From NCBI GenBank assembly GCA_963764725.1, contig CAVXTM010000015.1, forward strand, positions 288,001 through 352,000: a stretch of 64,000 nt of DNA, given 5' to 3'. The notes beneath the pieces are model-generated. The model searched no databases. It saw only the letters and a program-made list of their open reading frames with translations, and had not been told where the DNA came from. This DNA comes from an uncultured Gammaproteobacteria bacterium. GTDB lineage: Bacteria; Pseudomonadota; Gammaproteobacteria; JACCXJ01. A program made the translations under genes and the position numbers. Below, piece by piece: positions 11,222 to 20,737 of the stretch; positions within the stretch are counted from its first letter, which is position 1; each line of letters opens with the position of its first letter.

Positions 11222-11628
11222 CGGCGCGGCCGCGGCCGCAGCCTCAAGCTCATTAGGCTGACCGCGCGTGTTTTCGCGGCTTCTTGCCAGAGCACGCTGA
11301 CCGTGACTCGATAGGCGTCGAGCGACAGCTTTTCCGGGTCGAGATGGGCGGGGAAATAGGGTTCGATGCGGCGTGTCCACTGATAGCGGCCACCGGTCTC
11401 TCCCGACTCCTCGCCGGACAGCGCGGTGGTCTCCAGATCCACGCCCGCCAGCAACGATTCGGCCCACAGGACCGCCTCCGTGTAGTCGGCGCCGAGCTTG
11501 CTGCTACGCAGGGCGGTGGCGAAGATCTGCAGCAGCACGCCTAAGGCGATGGCCAAGATCGAGAACGCGACCAACACCTCGAGCAAAGAAAAGCCGCGTG
11601 CGACTCGGATAGGACTAGAAAATCGCAA
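11218..11628 (-). CDS. gspI: T2SS minor pseudopilin GspI
   Basis: RGFSLLEVLVAFSILA prepilin motif. Confidence 0.88.
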   Translation of the reverse strand: MRFSSPIRVARGFSLLEVLVAFSILAIALGVLLQIFATALRSSKLGADYTEAVLWAESLLAGVDLETTALSGEESGETGGRYQWTRRIEPYFPAHLDPEKLSLDAYRVTVSVLWQEAAKTRAVSLMSLRLRPRPRR

Positions 11629-12148
11629 CGCGGCCGGTCAACCAACTGATATCAACGACATAGCGTAAGGGCCCGCTCGCGAGGGTGATCTGGCCGCCCG
11701 TCGAGCTGCCGTCGGGGTAGAATCGAAACGCCCCGGTACTTTCCGACCGCAACTGGGAACGGGCGGTGTCGAGCTTGATGTCAGCCCCTCGCGGTAGCGT
11801 CCGGGTACCTTTGCGTCCGCTGATCTCATAGTGCTTATCGGCGATGTTTACCGTCACGGTGGATTCGACGTGGCGGTTAATCGCCCGGCTACGAGCGTAG
11901 CGTAGCGCCGCGGCTATTTCGCGCGCGGCCGAGCGCAACTCCACGCCCGTAGCGCCTTTCGAGAACAGGGGAGGAACCAGCGCCAGCATGAGGCCGCCGA
12001 TGACCAATACGACTAAAAGCTCGACCAGCGTGAACCCGCGGGGCACAGGCGAAACTCTATTGCCAATTGGCGATGTCCCGGTCCTCGCCCTCACCGCCCT
12101 CGGCGTTGTCCGCGCCAAGCGTGTACAGGTCAAAATCGCCGTGTTCAC
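11615..12148 (-). CDS. gspH: T2SS minor pseudopilin GspH (start uncertain)
   Basis: RGFTLVELLVVL, RFYPDGSSTGG, WLTGRV. Confidence 0.85.
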   Translation of the reverse strand: MNTAILTCTRLARTTPRAVRARTGTSPIGNRVSPVPRGFTLVELLVVLVIGGLMLALVPPLFSKGATGVELRSAAREIAAALRYARSRAINRHVESTVTVNIADKHYEISGRKGTRTLPRGADIKLDTARSQLRSESTGAFRFYPDGSSTGGQITLASGPLRYVVDISWLTGRVAIF

Positions 12149-12488
12149 CCGGAAACCGATACTGGTAGTCCAAGCCCCAGGGATCTTTGGGTACTTGTTT
12201 CTTCTTTAAATACGGCCCATTCCAGCGTTCGGTCCCGGCCGGCGCCTCGACCAGCGCGTCGAGCCCCTCGTCGCTCGTGGGATAGCGGCCGATCTCCAGC
12301 TTGTACATGTCCAAGGTGGCGGCGAGATCCTCGATTTGCAAGCGGGCCGAATCGCTTTTAGCCCCGCTCAGATATTTCATGACCCGGGGTCCCACGAGGC
12401 TCGCGAGCAACCCTAGAATCACCAGCACCACCAGTAACTCGATGAGCGTGAAACCCCGCAGTGAACGGCGTTCCTTAGTTCGTTTCAT
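12057..12488 (-). CDS. gspG: T2SS major pseudopilin GspG
   Basis: GFTLIELLVVLVILGLLA, GRYPTSDEGL, WNGPYL, DPWG, LGADNAEGGEGED. Confidence 0.95.
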   Translation of the reverse strand: MKRTKERRSLRGFTLIELLVVLVILGLLASLVGPRVMKYLSGAKSDSARLQIEDLAATLDMYKLEIGRYPTSDEGLDALVEAPAGTERWNGPYLKKKQVPKDPWGLDYQYRFPGEHGDFDLYTLGADNAEGGEGEDRDIANWQ

Positions 12489-12516
12489 TTCGCTAAGTCC
12501 TCTAGTTGACGTAAGT

Positions 12517-13737
12517 TTAAAACGCAAGCTCGTTTACGCTCAAGATCGCGACTAGGATAGACATGATGATCGCCGCGATCACGAGACCGAGACCCAAGAT
12601 CAATACCGGTTCCAAGAGCGCCAGCATGCGCTTGACCGTGGCCCGCACCTCGCGATCATAGACCTCAGCCACTTGCATGAGCATCTCTTCGAGCTGTCCG
12701 GTCTCTTCCCCCACGCGGACCATGTGTACGGCAAGGCGAGGAAAATAAGCGATCTCTGTCAAGGGTTCAGCAAGCCCATGGCCGTGTTTCAGGCGCTCGG
12801 CGACGGTACCCATGCCCTCCGCCAAGACCTGGTTCCCCAGGGTCTCTTTCACGATCGATAGCCCGTTCAACAAAGGCACGCCGTTTGTGAGCAGGGTGCC
12901 GAGCATGCGGCTGAAGCGCGCCACCTCGATCTTCGTAATCAGCTCTCCGGCCAAGGGTAGCTTGAGGAAACGCTGATCCCAGCGGTAACGCGTCGCGGGT
13001 TGCGAGAGTTGCTTGCGGAAATAGAGTCCAATCACCACGGTGGCCAGGATGAGCAGCCACCAGTAATCACGCAGAAAATTCCCCATCGAGATGACCACTT
13101 GGGTGGCGAACGGCAAGGCCGCGCCCGCGTCCGAAAATAACTGCTCGAATTGCGGCACAACGTACACCAGGAGCACCAGTACCGAGAGCCCGGCCACGCC
13201 GAGCAGTATGGCCGGATAGATGAGCGCTGAGGTCACGCTTTCCTGAAGCTCGCGCGCGCGCTCGAGGTACTCGGAAAGACGCGTTAGCACCAGCTCGAGG
13301 GCGCCGCCGGCTTCGCCCGCGCGCAACATATTGAGATAAAGCCGCGAGAAGACGCCACCTTGGGCCTCCATGGCCGCCGAGAGCGTGGCGCCGCCGTGGA
13401 CGCCCTCGCGGATGCGTGTCAGCAATTGGCCTGCGGTTCCTTGGCCGGAGAGATCAATGAGGACCTCCAGGGCGCGGTCGAGCGGCAGCCGCGCGCGCAG
13501 CAAGGTGGCGAGCTCTTGGGTCAGGACCACTAACTGCGCTTGCGATAAGCGCTTCGAGCGCCGTAGCGTGATCCAGCCGGAGCGCCTGGCGCCCACGGCT
13601 GACGTTTCTTCGGCCCGGATCGGGATGTAACCGAGCGATTGCAGGCGCTCGATGGCCGCGGCCTGATCGCGTGCTTCCAACTCGCCTTCGAGAACCTCGC
13701 CTTCGGGGTTGGCGGCCTTGTAGCGATACAGCGCCAT
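12517..13737 (-). CDS. gspF: T2SS inner membrane platform protein GspF
   Basis: MALYRYKA, RAGEAGG, ALIYP, VGEETG, LLEP. Confidence 0.93.
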   Translation of the reverse strand: MALYRYKAANPEGEVLEGELEARDQAAAIERLQSLGYIPIRAEETSAVGARRSGWITLRRSKRLSQAQLVVLTQELATLLRARLPLDRALEVLIDLSGQGTAGQLLTRIREGVHGGATLSAAMEAQGGVFSRLYLNMLRAGEAGGALELVLTRLSEYLERARELQESVTSALIYPAILLGVAGLSVLVLLVYVVPQFEQLFSDAGAALPFATQVVISMGNFLRDYWWLLILATVVIGLYFRKQLSQPATRYRWDQRFLKLPLAGELITKIEVARFSRMLGTLLTNGVPLLNGLSIVKETLGNQVLAEGMGTVAERLKHGHGLAEPLTEIAYFPRLAVHMVRVGEETGQLEEMLMQVAEVYDREVRATVKRMLALLEPVLILGLGLVIAAIIMSILVAILSVNELAF

Positions 13738-13739
13738 GC

Positions 13740-15464
13740 TCAGGAGACGTTGGTCACGCGCAGCACCTCTTCGATGGCCGTGATCCCGCGGAGCGCCTTG
13801 TCGACACCGTCTTTGAACATGGTACGCATGCGGGCTTCGACCGCCGCGGCTTGAATTTGTCCCGCATCGGCGCGCTTGAGCACCAGCCGCCGGATCGGGT
13901 CCGTCATGGCAAGAAACTCGAGGATCGCGGTGCGCCCTCGGAACCCTGTGCCCGCGCATTGGGGACAACCGACGGGTTCATAAAGCACGACGTTCTTATC
14001 TTGCACATAGTCGCGCAGTTTCAGTTCCTCCACGATCTCGGGCAGCGCCTCATAGGGACGCCGGCATTGTATGCACAGCGTCCGCACCAAACGCTGCGCC
14101 AGAACACCGTTGACGGTCGAAGTCAGCAAATAGTCTTCAACGCCCATGTCCAGCAAACGCGTAACGCTGCTGCCCGCATCGTTGGTATGTAGGGTGGAGA
14201 GGACCAAGTGACCCGTGAGCGCCGACTGGACCGCGATCTCCGCGGTCTCGAGATCGCGGATTTCCCCGATCATGATGACGTCGGGGTCCTGGCGGACGAT
14301 GGATCGCAGGGCGTTGGCGAAATTAAGGCCGATCTGCGGTTTCACCTGGATCTGATTGATGCCCTCGAGCTGGTATTCCACCGGATCCTCGACGGTGAAA
14401 AGCTTACGCTCGGGGGTGTTGAGTCGCTTGAGCGCCGCGTACAGCGTGCTCGTCTTGCCGCTTCCGGTCGGGCCGGTCACCAACAGGATCCCGTGGGGAA
14501 GATCCAGGATCTCGAGAAACGCTTTGAGCACATCGTCGCTAAAACCGAGCGGCTGGAATTCGAAGCTGATGGCCTGTTTGTCCAATACCCGCATGACCAC
14601 GCTTTCCCCGTGCAGCGTCGGGACGGTTGAGATCCGGAGGTCGATCTCCTTGCCTTGTACGCGTAATTGAATGCGGCCGTCCTGGGGCAGGCGGCGTTCG
14701 GCGATGTTGAGCTTGGCCATGATCTTCACGCGCGAGATCACGGCGGCCGTGGAGCGAGCGGGCGGGGCTTCGACCTCGTGCAGCACGCCGTCGATGCGGT
14801 AGCGCACTTTGAGCCGGTTCTCGAACGGCTCGATGTGGATGTCGGAGGCGCGCGAGTCGATGGCGCGATTGATGAGGTGGTTCACCAAGCGCACGATCGG
14901 CGCTTCGCTAGCCAGATCCTTGAGCCGCTCGATATCTTCCTGCTCGCTCACGTCGGTGCGTGTCTCAATGTCATCGACGATCTGGTCGAGAACCGTTTTA
15001 CCGGTTCCGTACAGCCTTTCGATCGCGGCGAGGATCTCCGAAGGCACGCCAATGACCGGCCAGACGGGCCGCCCGCAGGCGAGCGCGAGCGCCTCGACGA
15101 CATAGGTATCCTCGGGCATGGCCATCGCTACGACCAGGGTGCCATCCTGCTCGAAGACCGGGATCGCCCGGGCGGTTTTTAGAAACTTCGCCGAGACCTG
15201 TTCTTCATAGAGCGGCGTGACCGGGTAGTCGTCCGCGGCGAGGAGCGGAACTTCGAACAGTGCCGCGAGTGCGTCCGCGAGGTCTCGCTCCGAAACCTGG
15301 CCTAGCTTGACCAACACCGTCCCGAGATATTCGCCATTCGTTTGCGCCAGGCGCGAGGCACTCTCGAGGCCCTCTCGCGAGAGCTTGCCCGCGGCAATCA
15401 AGTGGCTGCCCAGGCGTTCGGCGCTCGTGGGTGGAGGTTCTGTAAGCGTCGCTAATGATCTCAT
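13740..15464 (-). CDS. gspE: T2SS ATPase GspE
   Basis: ASDIHIEP, Walker A GPTGSGKT, RQDPDVIMIGEIRD, LSTLHTND, CxxC zinc motifs. Confidence 0.95.
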   Translation of the reverse strand: MRSLATLTEPPPTSAERLGSHLIAAGKLSREGLESASRLAQTNGEYLGTVLVKLGQVSERDLADALAALFEVPLLAADDYPVTPLYEEQVSAKFLKTARAIPVFEQDGTLVVAMAMPEDTYVVEALALACGRPVWPVIGVPSEILAAIERLYGTGKTVLDQIVDDIETRTDVSEQEDIERLKDLASEAPIVRLVNHLINRAIDSRASDIHIEPFENRLKVRYRIDGVLHEVEAPPARSTAAVISRVKIMAKLNIAERRLPQDGRIQLRVQGKEIDLRISTVPTLHGESVVMRVLDKQAISFEFQPLGFSDDVLKAFLEILDLPHGILLVTGPTGSGKTSTLYAALKRLNTPERKLFTVEDPVEYQLEGINQIQVKPQIGLNFANALRSIVRQDPDVIMIGEIRDLETAEIAVQSALTGHLVLSTLHTNDAGSSVTRLLDMGVEDYLLTSTVNGVLAQRLVRTLCIQCRRPYEALPEIVEELKLRDYVQDKNVVLYEPVGCPQCAGTGFRGRTAILEFLAMTDPIRRLVLKRADAGQIQAAAVEARMRTMFKDGVDKALRGITAIEEVLRVTNVS

Positions 15465-15611
15465 GGCTACGCCGTGTGGGGCTTCAGTAGAGGGGACGGT
15501 TTGTCAACGGAAAACGATTCACCGAGTTTACATGTGCCGCTCCGTGTCGTTGCGCTATTGTAACTACCCTTGCACCGGGTGGGCTAGGGTGCGGCGAAAG
15601 AGTGCGAAGAA

Positions 15612-15627
15612 TGTGAAATATTTCACA
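15612..15627. promoter_or_regulatory. CRP/Vfr/Clp-type binding site
   Basis: Perfect TGTGA-N6-TCACA palindrome (TGTGAAATATTTCACA) in the divergent intergenic region. Confidence 0.6.
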
Positions 15628-15815
15628 AAAGGGCTGCCAGTTCTTGCCGTAAAAACGTGCACTCGCTTAAACTTGCTGCGCTTCGGCCTTGGGGACGCGG
15701 CAAAAAACCTGGCACGCCGTGCGGCAGAGTGCGTGCGCCGGGGATAATGGGCCGAACGACTCTGGAATAAGTTTGTTCACTTTCGTTCACTGATAACACA
15801 TGGAGAAATCACAAA

Positions 15816-16637
15816 ATGCCTATCTTACATCGTTTCACCACGCTCACTGTCGCCAGTACCATCGCCTTGAGCCTGGGGTCGGGCGCGGCGTATGCTGCTG
15901 GCAATCCGTGCAAGGATTTACCGAGTTACGCCGACTTAAGGAATGCGCTGAAGTTAGCGACCGATTCTGACGCGGATGGTACACCCGACGGCAACGGCGG
16001 GTTTAATCTCGATATGTGGGGCACGATTGTCAACCGTGACGGCGTGGTATGTGCCGTTGCTTTCTCGGGTGATGTGCGGGGCGATCAATGGCCGGGTAGC
16101 CGAGTGATCTCCGCGCAGAAGGCAAACACTGGCAATGCCTTTAGCCTAGCAGGTTTGGCATTATCGACCGCCAACCTGTATTCGGCGGTCTCGCCCGGCG
16201 GCAGCTTATACGGCTTGCAGCATAGCAACCCGGTTTCCACTACGGTAGCTTATCGTGGGGATCCGAAGCACTACGGCCAGGTTAACGATCCGATGGTGGG
16301 CCGCAAGATCGGCGGTGTCAATGTGTTCGGTGGCGGCGGTGGCCTGTATAACGCGGCCGGCACGCTTGTGGGTGGGTTGGGTGTGAGCGGTGATAGCTCG
16401 TGCGCAGACCACAACATCTTCTGGAAGACCCGTTTTAATCTGAACCTGGATAACGTACCTGGCGGCGTGAGCACCACGGGCGACGATAATATTGTCAATG
16501 ACATCACTTCGCAGGACGGTCAACAGGAAGGCGAGAGCGCTAGTGGTTGGGGCCATCCCGTTTGTAGTGATGCCGCTACCCCTATCGGAGCTGCGTTGCC
16601 AACCGACTTCCCGGTTGGTCCGGCACCGGCACCTTAG
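15816..16637 (+). CDS. Secreted GlcG/HbpS-family heme-binding protein
   Basis: Signal peptide; IVNRDG, SAQKANT, GGVNVFGGG, VGGLGVSGD..CADH. Confidence 0.85.
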   Translation: MPILHRFTTLTVASTIALSLGSGAAYAAGNPCKDLPSYADLRNALKLATDSDADGTPDGNGGFNLDMWGTIVNRDGVVCAVAFSGDVRGDQWPGSRVISAQKANTGNAFSLAGLALSTANLYSAVSPGGSLYGLQHSNPVSTTVAYRGDPKHYGQVNDPMVGRKIGGVNVFGGGGGLYNAAGTLVGGLGVSGDSSCADHNIFWKTRFNLNLDNVPGGVSTTGDDNIVNDITSQDGQQEGESASGWGHPVCSDAATPIGAALPTDFPVGPAPAP

Positions 16638-16685
16638 GTCTGCATGCTTTTGGCGATACGATAAGACGCCTGTAGTCGCATCGCG

Positions 16686-16724
16686 AGGGCCACTGGAATC
16701 CTTCCAGTGGCTCTTTTCATTTTT
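16686..16724 (+). terminator. Rho-independent terminator
   Basis: AGGGCCACTGGAA-TCC-TTCCAGTGGCTCT hairpin followed by a T-rich tail. Confidence 0.8.
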
Positions 16725-16762
16725 GCGGGCGAGTAGCCTATAGGTTTGTTACAGGTTGCAGG

Positions 16763-17011
16763 CTACTCCGGGGCTGCTGATGAGGATCCCGAATCATCCG
16801 GGACGTTCAGTCCCTTCTCGCGCAGCCCTTTGGCGATCATCTCCCGGATCTTGGCTGCCTGCTCGTCGCGGCGCTTTTGCTGTTCTATGAGCCTTTTGTC
16901 TTGCAATCCGGCCGCTTGCTGCGCCTCGTACGAACGCCACTGTTCAAAAGCGTACTGCGAGGCGAGGGCGCCTATAAAAACACCGAGCGCGATTTGGAAA
17001 ACAAGCTTCAC
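16763..17011 (-). CDS. Small membrane-anchored hypothetical protein
   Basis: N-terminal TM followed by coiled coil; overlaps the pfp stop (translational coupling). Confidence 0.65.
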   Translation of the reverse strand: MKLVFQIALGVFIGALASQYAFEQWRSYEAQQAAGLQDKRLIEQQKRRDEQAAKIREMIAKGLREKGLNVPDDSGSSSAAPE

Positions 17012-18273
17012 GGGAGTTTATAATCCGTAGTAAGTTTCTTCGACACGGGCTCGTTCTTGAGCCGCACATAGCGCGGCAGCCCGTTTTCATACGGGGGATA
17101 GTCTTCGCCCTGGATGAGCGGGCTGAGATAGCGGCGGCAGTTGTCGGTGATCCCCCACCCATCCGCGCTGATATATTCGCGCGGCATCTTCTTCTCGACG
17201 TTGGCGACCTCTTCGAGCCGCGCTTCCCCCACCTCCCACACGTAGGGTTCATCGGACTTGCGCACGATGATCGGCAGGACGGCGTTCTTCCCGGCGAGCG
17301 CGAATTCGACCGCGGCCCGGCCCAGGGCATACGCTTGTTCGACATCGGTTTTCGATGCGATATGGCGTGCCGCGCGTTGAAGATAATCCGCGACCGCCCA
17401 GTGGTATTTGTAACCCAGCCCCGTCTTTACCAACCCCGCGATGACCGGCGCGACCCCGCCGAGCTGCGCATGGCCGAAGGCATCGCGGGTCCCGGCTTCG
17501 GATAGAAATTCCCCGGCCTTGTTTTTTAGTCCTTCCGAGACCACGATGACGCAATAGCCCTCGGTGTCGACGACGTGGTTGACGCGCGTCAAGAATCCCG
17601 CCTCATCGAAAGGGATCTCCGGGAACAAGATAATATGCGGGGGATCGGTCGGCCGCTCCTGCGCCAATCCACCTGCGGCCGCGATCCAGCCCGCGTGCCG
17701 CCCCATGACCTCCAGGATGAACACCTTGGTCGAGGTCTTGGCCATCGAGGCCACGTCAAAGGCCGCCTCGCGCACCGAGACCGCCACGTATTTGGCCACC
17801 GATCCGAAGCCCGGGCAGGCATCGGTGACCGGCAGATCGTTATCGACGGTCTTGGGGATGCCGATGCAGGTAAGCGGATACCCGATCTGGGCCGCCATCT
17901 GTGCGATCTTGTTTGAGGTGTCTTGCGAATCCCCGCCGCCGTTATAGAAGAAGTAACCGATGTCATGGGCCTTACAGACCTCGATGAGCCGCTCGTATTC
18001 AGCGCGATTCTTGTCCAAGCCCTTGAGCTTATAGCGGCAGGAGCCGAACGCGCCGGCGGGGGTGTGGCGGAGGGCGGCGATGGCCTCATCCGACTCCTTG
18101 GAGGTATCGATGAGGTCCTCGGTCAGGGCGCCGATGATCCCATTGCGCCCGGCGTAGACCTTGGCGATGCGATCGGGATACCGGCGGGCCGTTTGAATGA
18201 GGCCGCAGGCGCTGGCGTTGATGACGGCGGTGACCCCACCGGACTGTGCGTAGAAGGCGTTTTTTGCTGACAT
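17008..18273 (-). CDS. pfp: 6-phosphofructokinase, probably PPi-dependent
   Basis: YAQSGGVTAVINA, GGGDS, PKTVDNDL, EVMGRHAGW. Confidence 0.9.
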   Translation of the reverse strand: MSAKNAFYAQSGGVTAVINASACGLIQTARRYPDRIAKVYAGRNGIIGALTEDLIDTSKESDEAIAALRHTPAGAFGSCRYKLKGLDKNRAEYERLIEVCKAHDIGYFFYNGGGDSQDTSNKIAQMAAQIGYPLTCIGIPKTVDNDLPVTDACPGFGSVAKYVAVSVREAAFDVASMAKTSTKVFILEVMGRHAGWIAAAGGLAQERPTDPPHIILFPEIPFDEAGFLTRVNHVVDTEGYCVIVVSEGLKNKAGEFLSEAGTRDAFGHAQLGGVAPVIAGLVKTGLGYKYHWAVADYLQRAARHIASKTDVEQAYALGRAAVEFALAGKNAVLPIIVRKSDEPYVWEVGEARLEEVANVEKKMPREYISADGWGITDNCRRYLSPLIQGEDYPPYENGLPRYVRLKNEPVSKKLTTDYKLP

Positions 18274-18430
18274 GGTTTTTCTGGCTTTGGAAATAGTGTG
18301 ATACTACCGCGACATACTCGCCCGGGAAAAGCAGCTAAGTACCATTGTGCGCCGGGCGCTGCTCGATTACTTTAGTGCGGCTTATTTGCCCGCAGCCTCC
18401 GTGCACACGCAAGACGAGATAGCTTCTTCA

Positions 18431-19660
18431 ATGTCGTTCCCCGCCCGAGCATTGCGGCTGTGGCAGCGCGCGCCGCTCTACATGCGCATCGTGTTGGGGT
18501 TGGTCCTTGGGGTCCTCGTGGGCCTGGCCTTGGGGCCCGCGGCCGGCGGCTTGGGGTTGCCGGGACAACTCGTGCTGCGCCTTCTCGGCGCCCTCGCGCC
18601 GCCGCTCATCCTCGCGGCTATCGTGCATGCGCTCATGACCGCGCAGCTCGAAGGCGCTCTGACCTTCCGGCTCGTGCGCCTATTGATCCTGAATACCTTG
18701 GTCGCTATTTGCGTCGGTTTGACGGTCGCCAACGTGCTCGAACCGGGGGCCGGCGCCGGTCTGAAACCGCCAACTGCCGCTGCGGAGCACGCTGTGCCAG
18801 GCCACTCCGACCCGTGGTTGACGTTTCTCGATAACATACCGAGAAGTCTGCTCGGACCCTTGGGCGATAACGGCAAGGTGCTGGGCGTGATCGCGATCGC
18901 CTTGGCCTTCGGCATCGCGCTTAGGCGCGAGCGGACGCGGCCGCTCGACACGCCGCAGGATCTCGTCGAGCTATTCTTGGCGTGTCTCGTGCGCATCCTG
19001 CACTGGATCATCGCCATCGTGCCCCTGGCCGTATTCGGGATCGTGGCTAGCGTGGTCGGAACCGGTGGCTTCCGCGACTTCCGCAGCCTAGGCCTCTTTG
19101 TCTTGAGCGTGATCGTGGCCTTGCTCATTCAGGCGGGGTACTACCTGCTACGCATACGCTTCGGCTCGTGGGTGCATCCCTGGAAGGCGATCCAGGGTTC
19201 GCGCGACGCCCTGGTCATGGCGTTCTCGACCGCGAGCTCGACCGCGACCATGCCGGTCACGTATGCCTGTCTCAAGGATCGGGTAGGGCTGCGGGAGCGC
19301 TCGGCCACCCTCGGGGCGCTCGTCGGGGCCAATTTCAATAACGACGGCACCGCGCTCTACGAGGCCATGGCCGCGCTCTTCGTGGCGCAGATGCTGGGTC
19401 TCGATCTAACCCTTGCGCAACAGCTTATGGTGGTGTTGACCAGCGTCATCGCCTCGGTGGGAGCGGCCGGGATCCCCGAGGCCGGTTTGGTGACGATGAC
19501 CTTGGTGTTTAACGCGGTCGGGCTGCCTACCGAGTATATCGCCATCCTCCTGACCGTCGATTGGTTCCTGGACCGCTGCCGCACCGCCATCAATGTCATG
19601 GGCGACATCAATGTCAGTTGTCTGCTCGATGGGAAGCGGCGCGAGGCTGATCCCCCCTGA
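18431..19660 (+). CDS. Dicarboxylate/amino acid:cation symporter (DAACS)
   Basis: AFSTASSTATMP, GANFNNDGTALY, GAAGIP, DWFLDRCRTAINV. Confidence 0.92.
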   Translation: MSFPARALRLWQRAPLYMRIVLGLVLGVLVGLALGPAAGGLGLPGQLVLRLLGALAPPLILAAIVHALMTAQLEGALTFRLVRLLILNTLVAICVGLTVANVLEPGAGAGLKPPTAAAEHAVPGHSDPWLTFLDNIPRSLLGPLGDNGKVLGVIAIALAFGIALRRERTRPLDTPQDLVELFLACLVRILHWIIAIVPLAVFGIVASVVGTGGFRDFRSLGLFVLSVIVALLIQAGYYLLRIRFGSWVHPWKAIQGSRDALVMAFSTASSTATMPVTYACLKDRVGLRERSATLGALVGANFNNDGTALYEAMAALFVAQMLGLDLTLAQQLMVVLTSVIASVGAAGIPEAGLVTMTLVFNAVGLPTEYIAILLTVDWFLDRCRTAINVMGDINVSCLLDGKRREADPP

Positions 19661-19760
19661 GCGTTTGTGAAGAAATCACAGAGTTCTACGAAGCTTCGAC
19701 TAACTTCGACATATCCCGATGGTCCTTTGCTTTTGCTACTAAGGCGGCGTGGGAGGCTGT

Positions 19761-20687
19761 TTACCGGTCCTGTGCTCTAGGGTTGAACACAGCGAGTTCA
19801 TCCTGAGTTGGACCCACAGGGTCCAGCCGGCGGGCGAGCTCTTCGGGCATGGGCGCGGCATCGCTGGCTCGACGGAAATCCCGCAGAGCCGTCCCCGTGC
19901 AGCGCACGTCGACGTTGGGTGCCCCTCGCCCGCGCTCGACGTCACTCCGACTCACGGTCCGGAAGTCGATACTGTAACGGGACAAGCAGCCCGCGCTCGA
20001 CGCGGTCGCGTGCAACTGCGATCCGGAGAACACGATGAGTCCACCCACTTCCGGGAGCAGCCGGAACTCCGGCTCGTCCTGGCTTAAGCCGATCGCCGAC
20101 GGCTGGACGCGCGGATCTTCGTCGACAAACTTCGCGACGTCCCTCCGCTCGACGTTGTGGCGGTAGTAATTGAACTGATCCGAATCGTTGACTACCGGAT
20201 TCGAGAAGTAACGTGGGTACAACGCCATAGCGTTGTCTCCGGTCAGCGGGTAAATCGGCAGCCACCAGTTGATCTGAGCTTGGGGTGCCCCGTACCACGT
20301 GTCCCGATGCACAGGGAAGGCATAGGCAATTCCTTTCGTGAGGTGCCCTGTGGGATAGGAGGTTCGAAGCTTGGGGACATCCATGTGGCAATCATCGAGA
20401 TCGGTCCCAAGCTCATCAAGGATACGACTGGCGAGCCGGCGCGCCTCGGGGTGATGCGTGAACGTGGGCTTGAGCCGCCCGAGCACGGACGCCAGCTCGC
20501 TTGGGGTGAGGGCCTCATGCACGCGCAGTGGATCGTGCGCCGCCAGGGCCGCTTCCACGATCTCACGGGCGAACGAAGCGAACTGCGCGACGGACCGAAG
20601 GTCATCGTAGACAAAGATCTCCCCAGCGAAGAGCCTTCTGCGTCGTTCCTCGTCCTGAATCGCATGGTTAAACCAGATTACCGTCAT
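19761..20687 (-). CDS. Hypothetical protein, putative Fe(II)/2OG oxygenase-like (HRDTWY family)
   Basis: H-x-D (HRDTWY), distal H (SQLHAT) and RYSIDFR suggest a 2-His-1-carboxylate DSBH fold. Confidence 0.6.
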   Translation of the reverse strand: MTVIWFNHAIQDEERRRRLFAGEIFVYDDLRSVAQFASFAREIVEAALAAHDPLRVHEALTPSELASVLGRLKPTFTHHPEARRLASRILDELGTDLDDCHMDVPKLRTSYPTGHLTKGIAYAFPVHRDTWYGAPQAQINWWLPIYPLTGDNAMALYPRYFSNPVVNDSDQFNYYRHNVERRDVAKFVDEDPRVQPSAIGLSQDEPEFRLLPEVGGLIVFSGSQLHATASSAGCLSRYSIDFRTVSRSDVERGRGAPNVDVRCTGTALRDFRRASDAAPMPEELARRLDPVGPTQDELAVFNPRAQDR

Positions 20688-20737
20688 GTTCTCTTAGCTG
20701 TAAAAATTGGAAACCGCACTTTAGTGAGGTATTTGCG

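Noticed and set aside
15709-15726. Sigma54 promoter (TGGCACG...) upstream of the HbpS-like gene
   Set aside because: The GG-N10-GC spacing is not met.
19666-19680. Second CRP-like site TGTGA-N5-TCACA
   Set aside because: Spacer is 5 rather than 6 nt and it lies between convergent genes.
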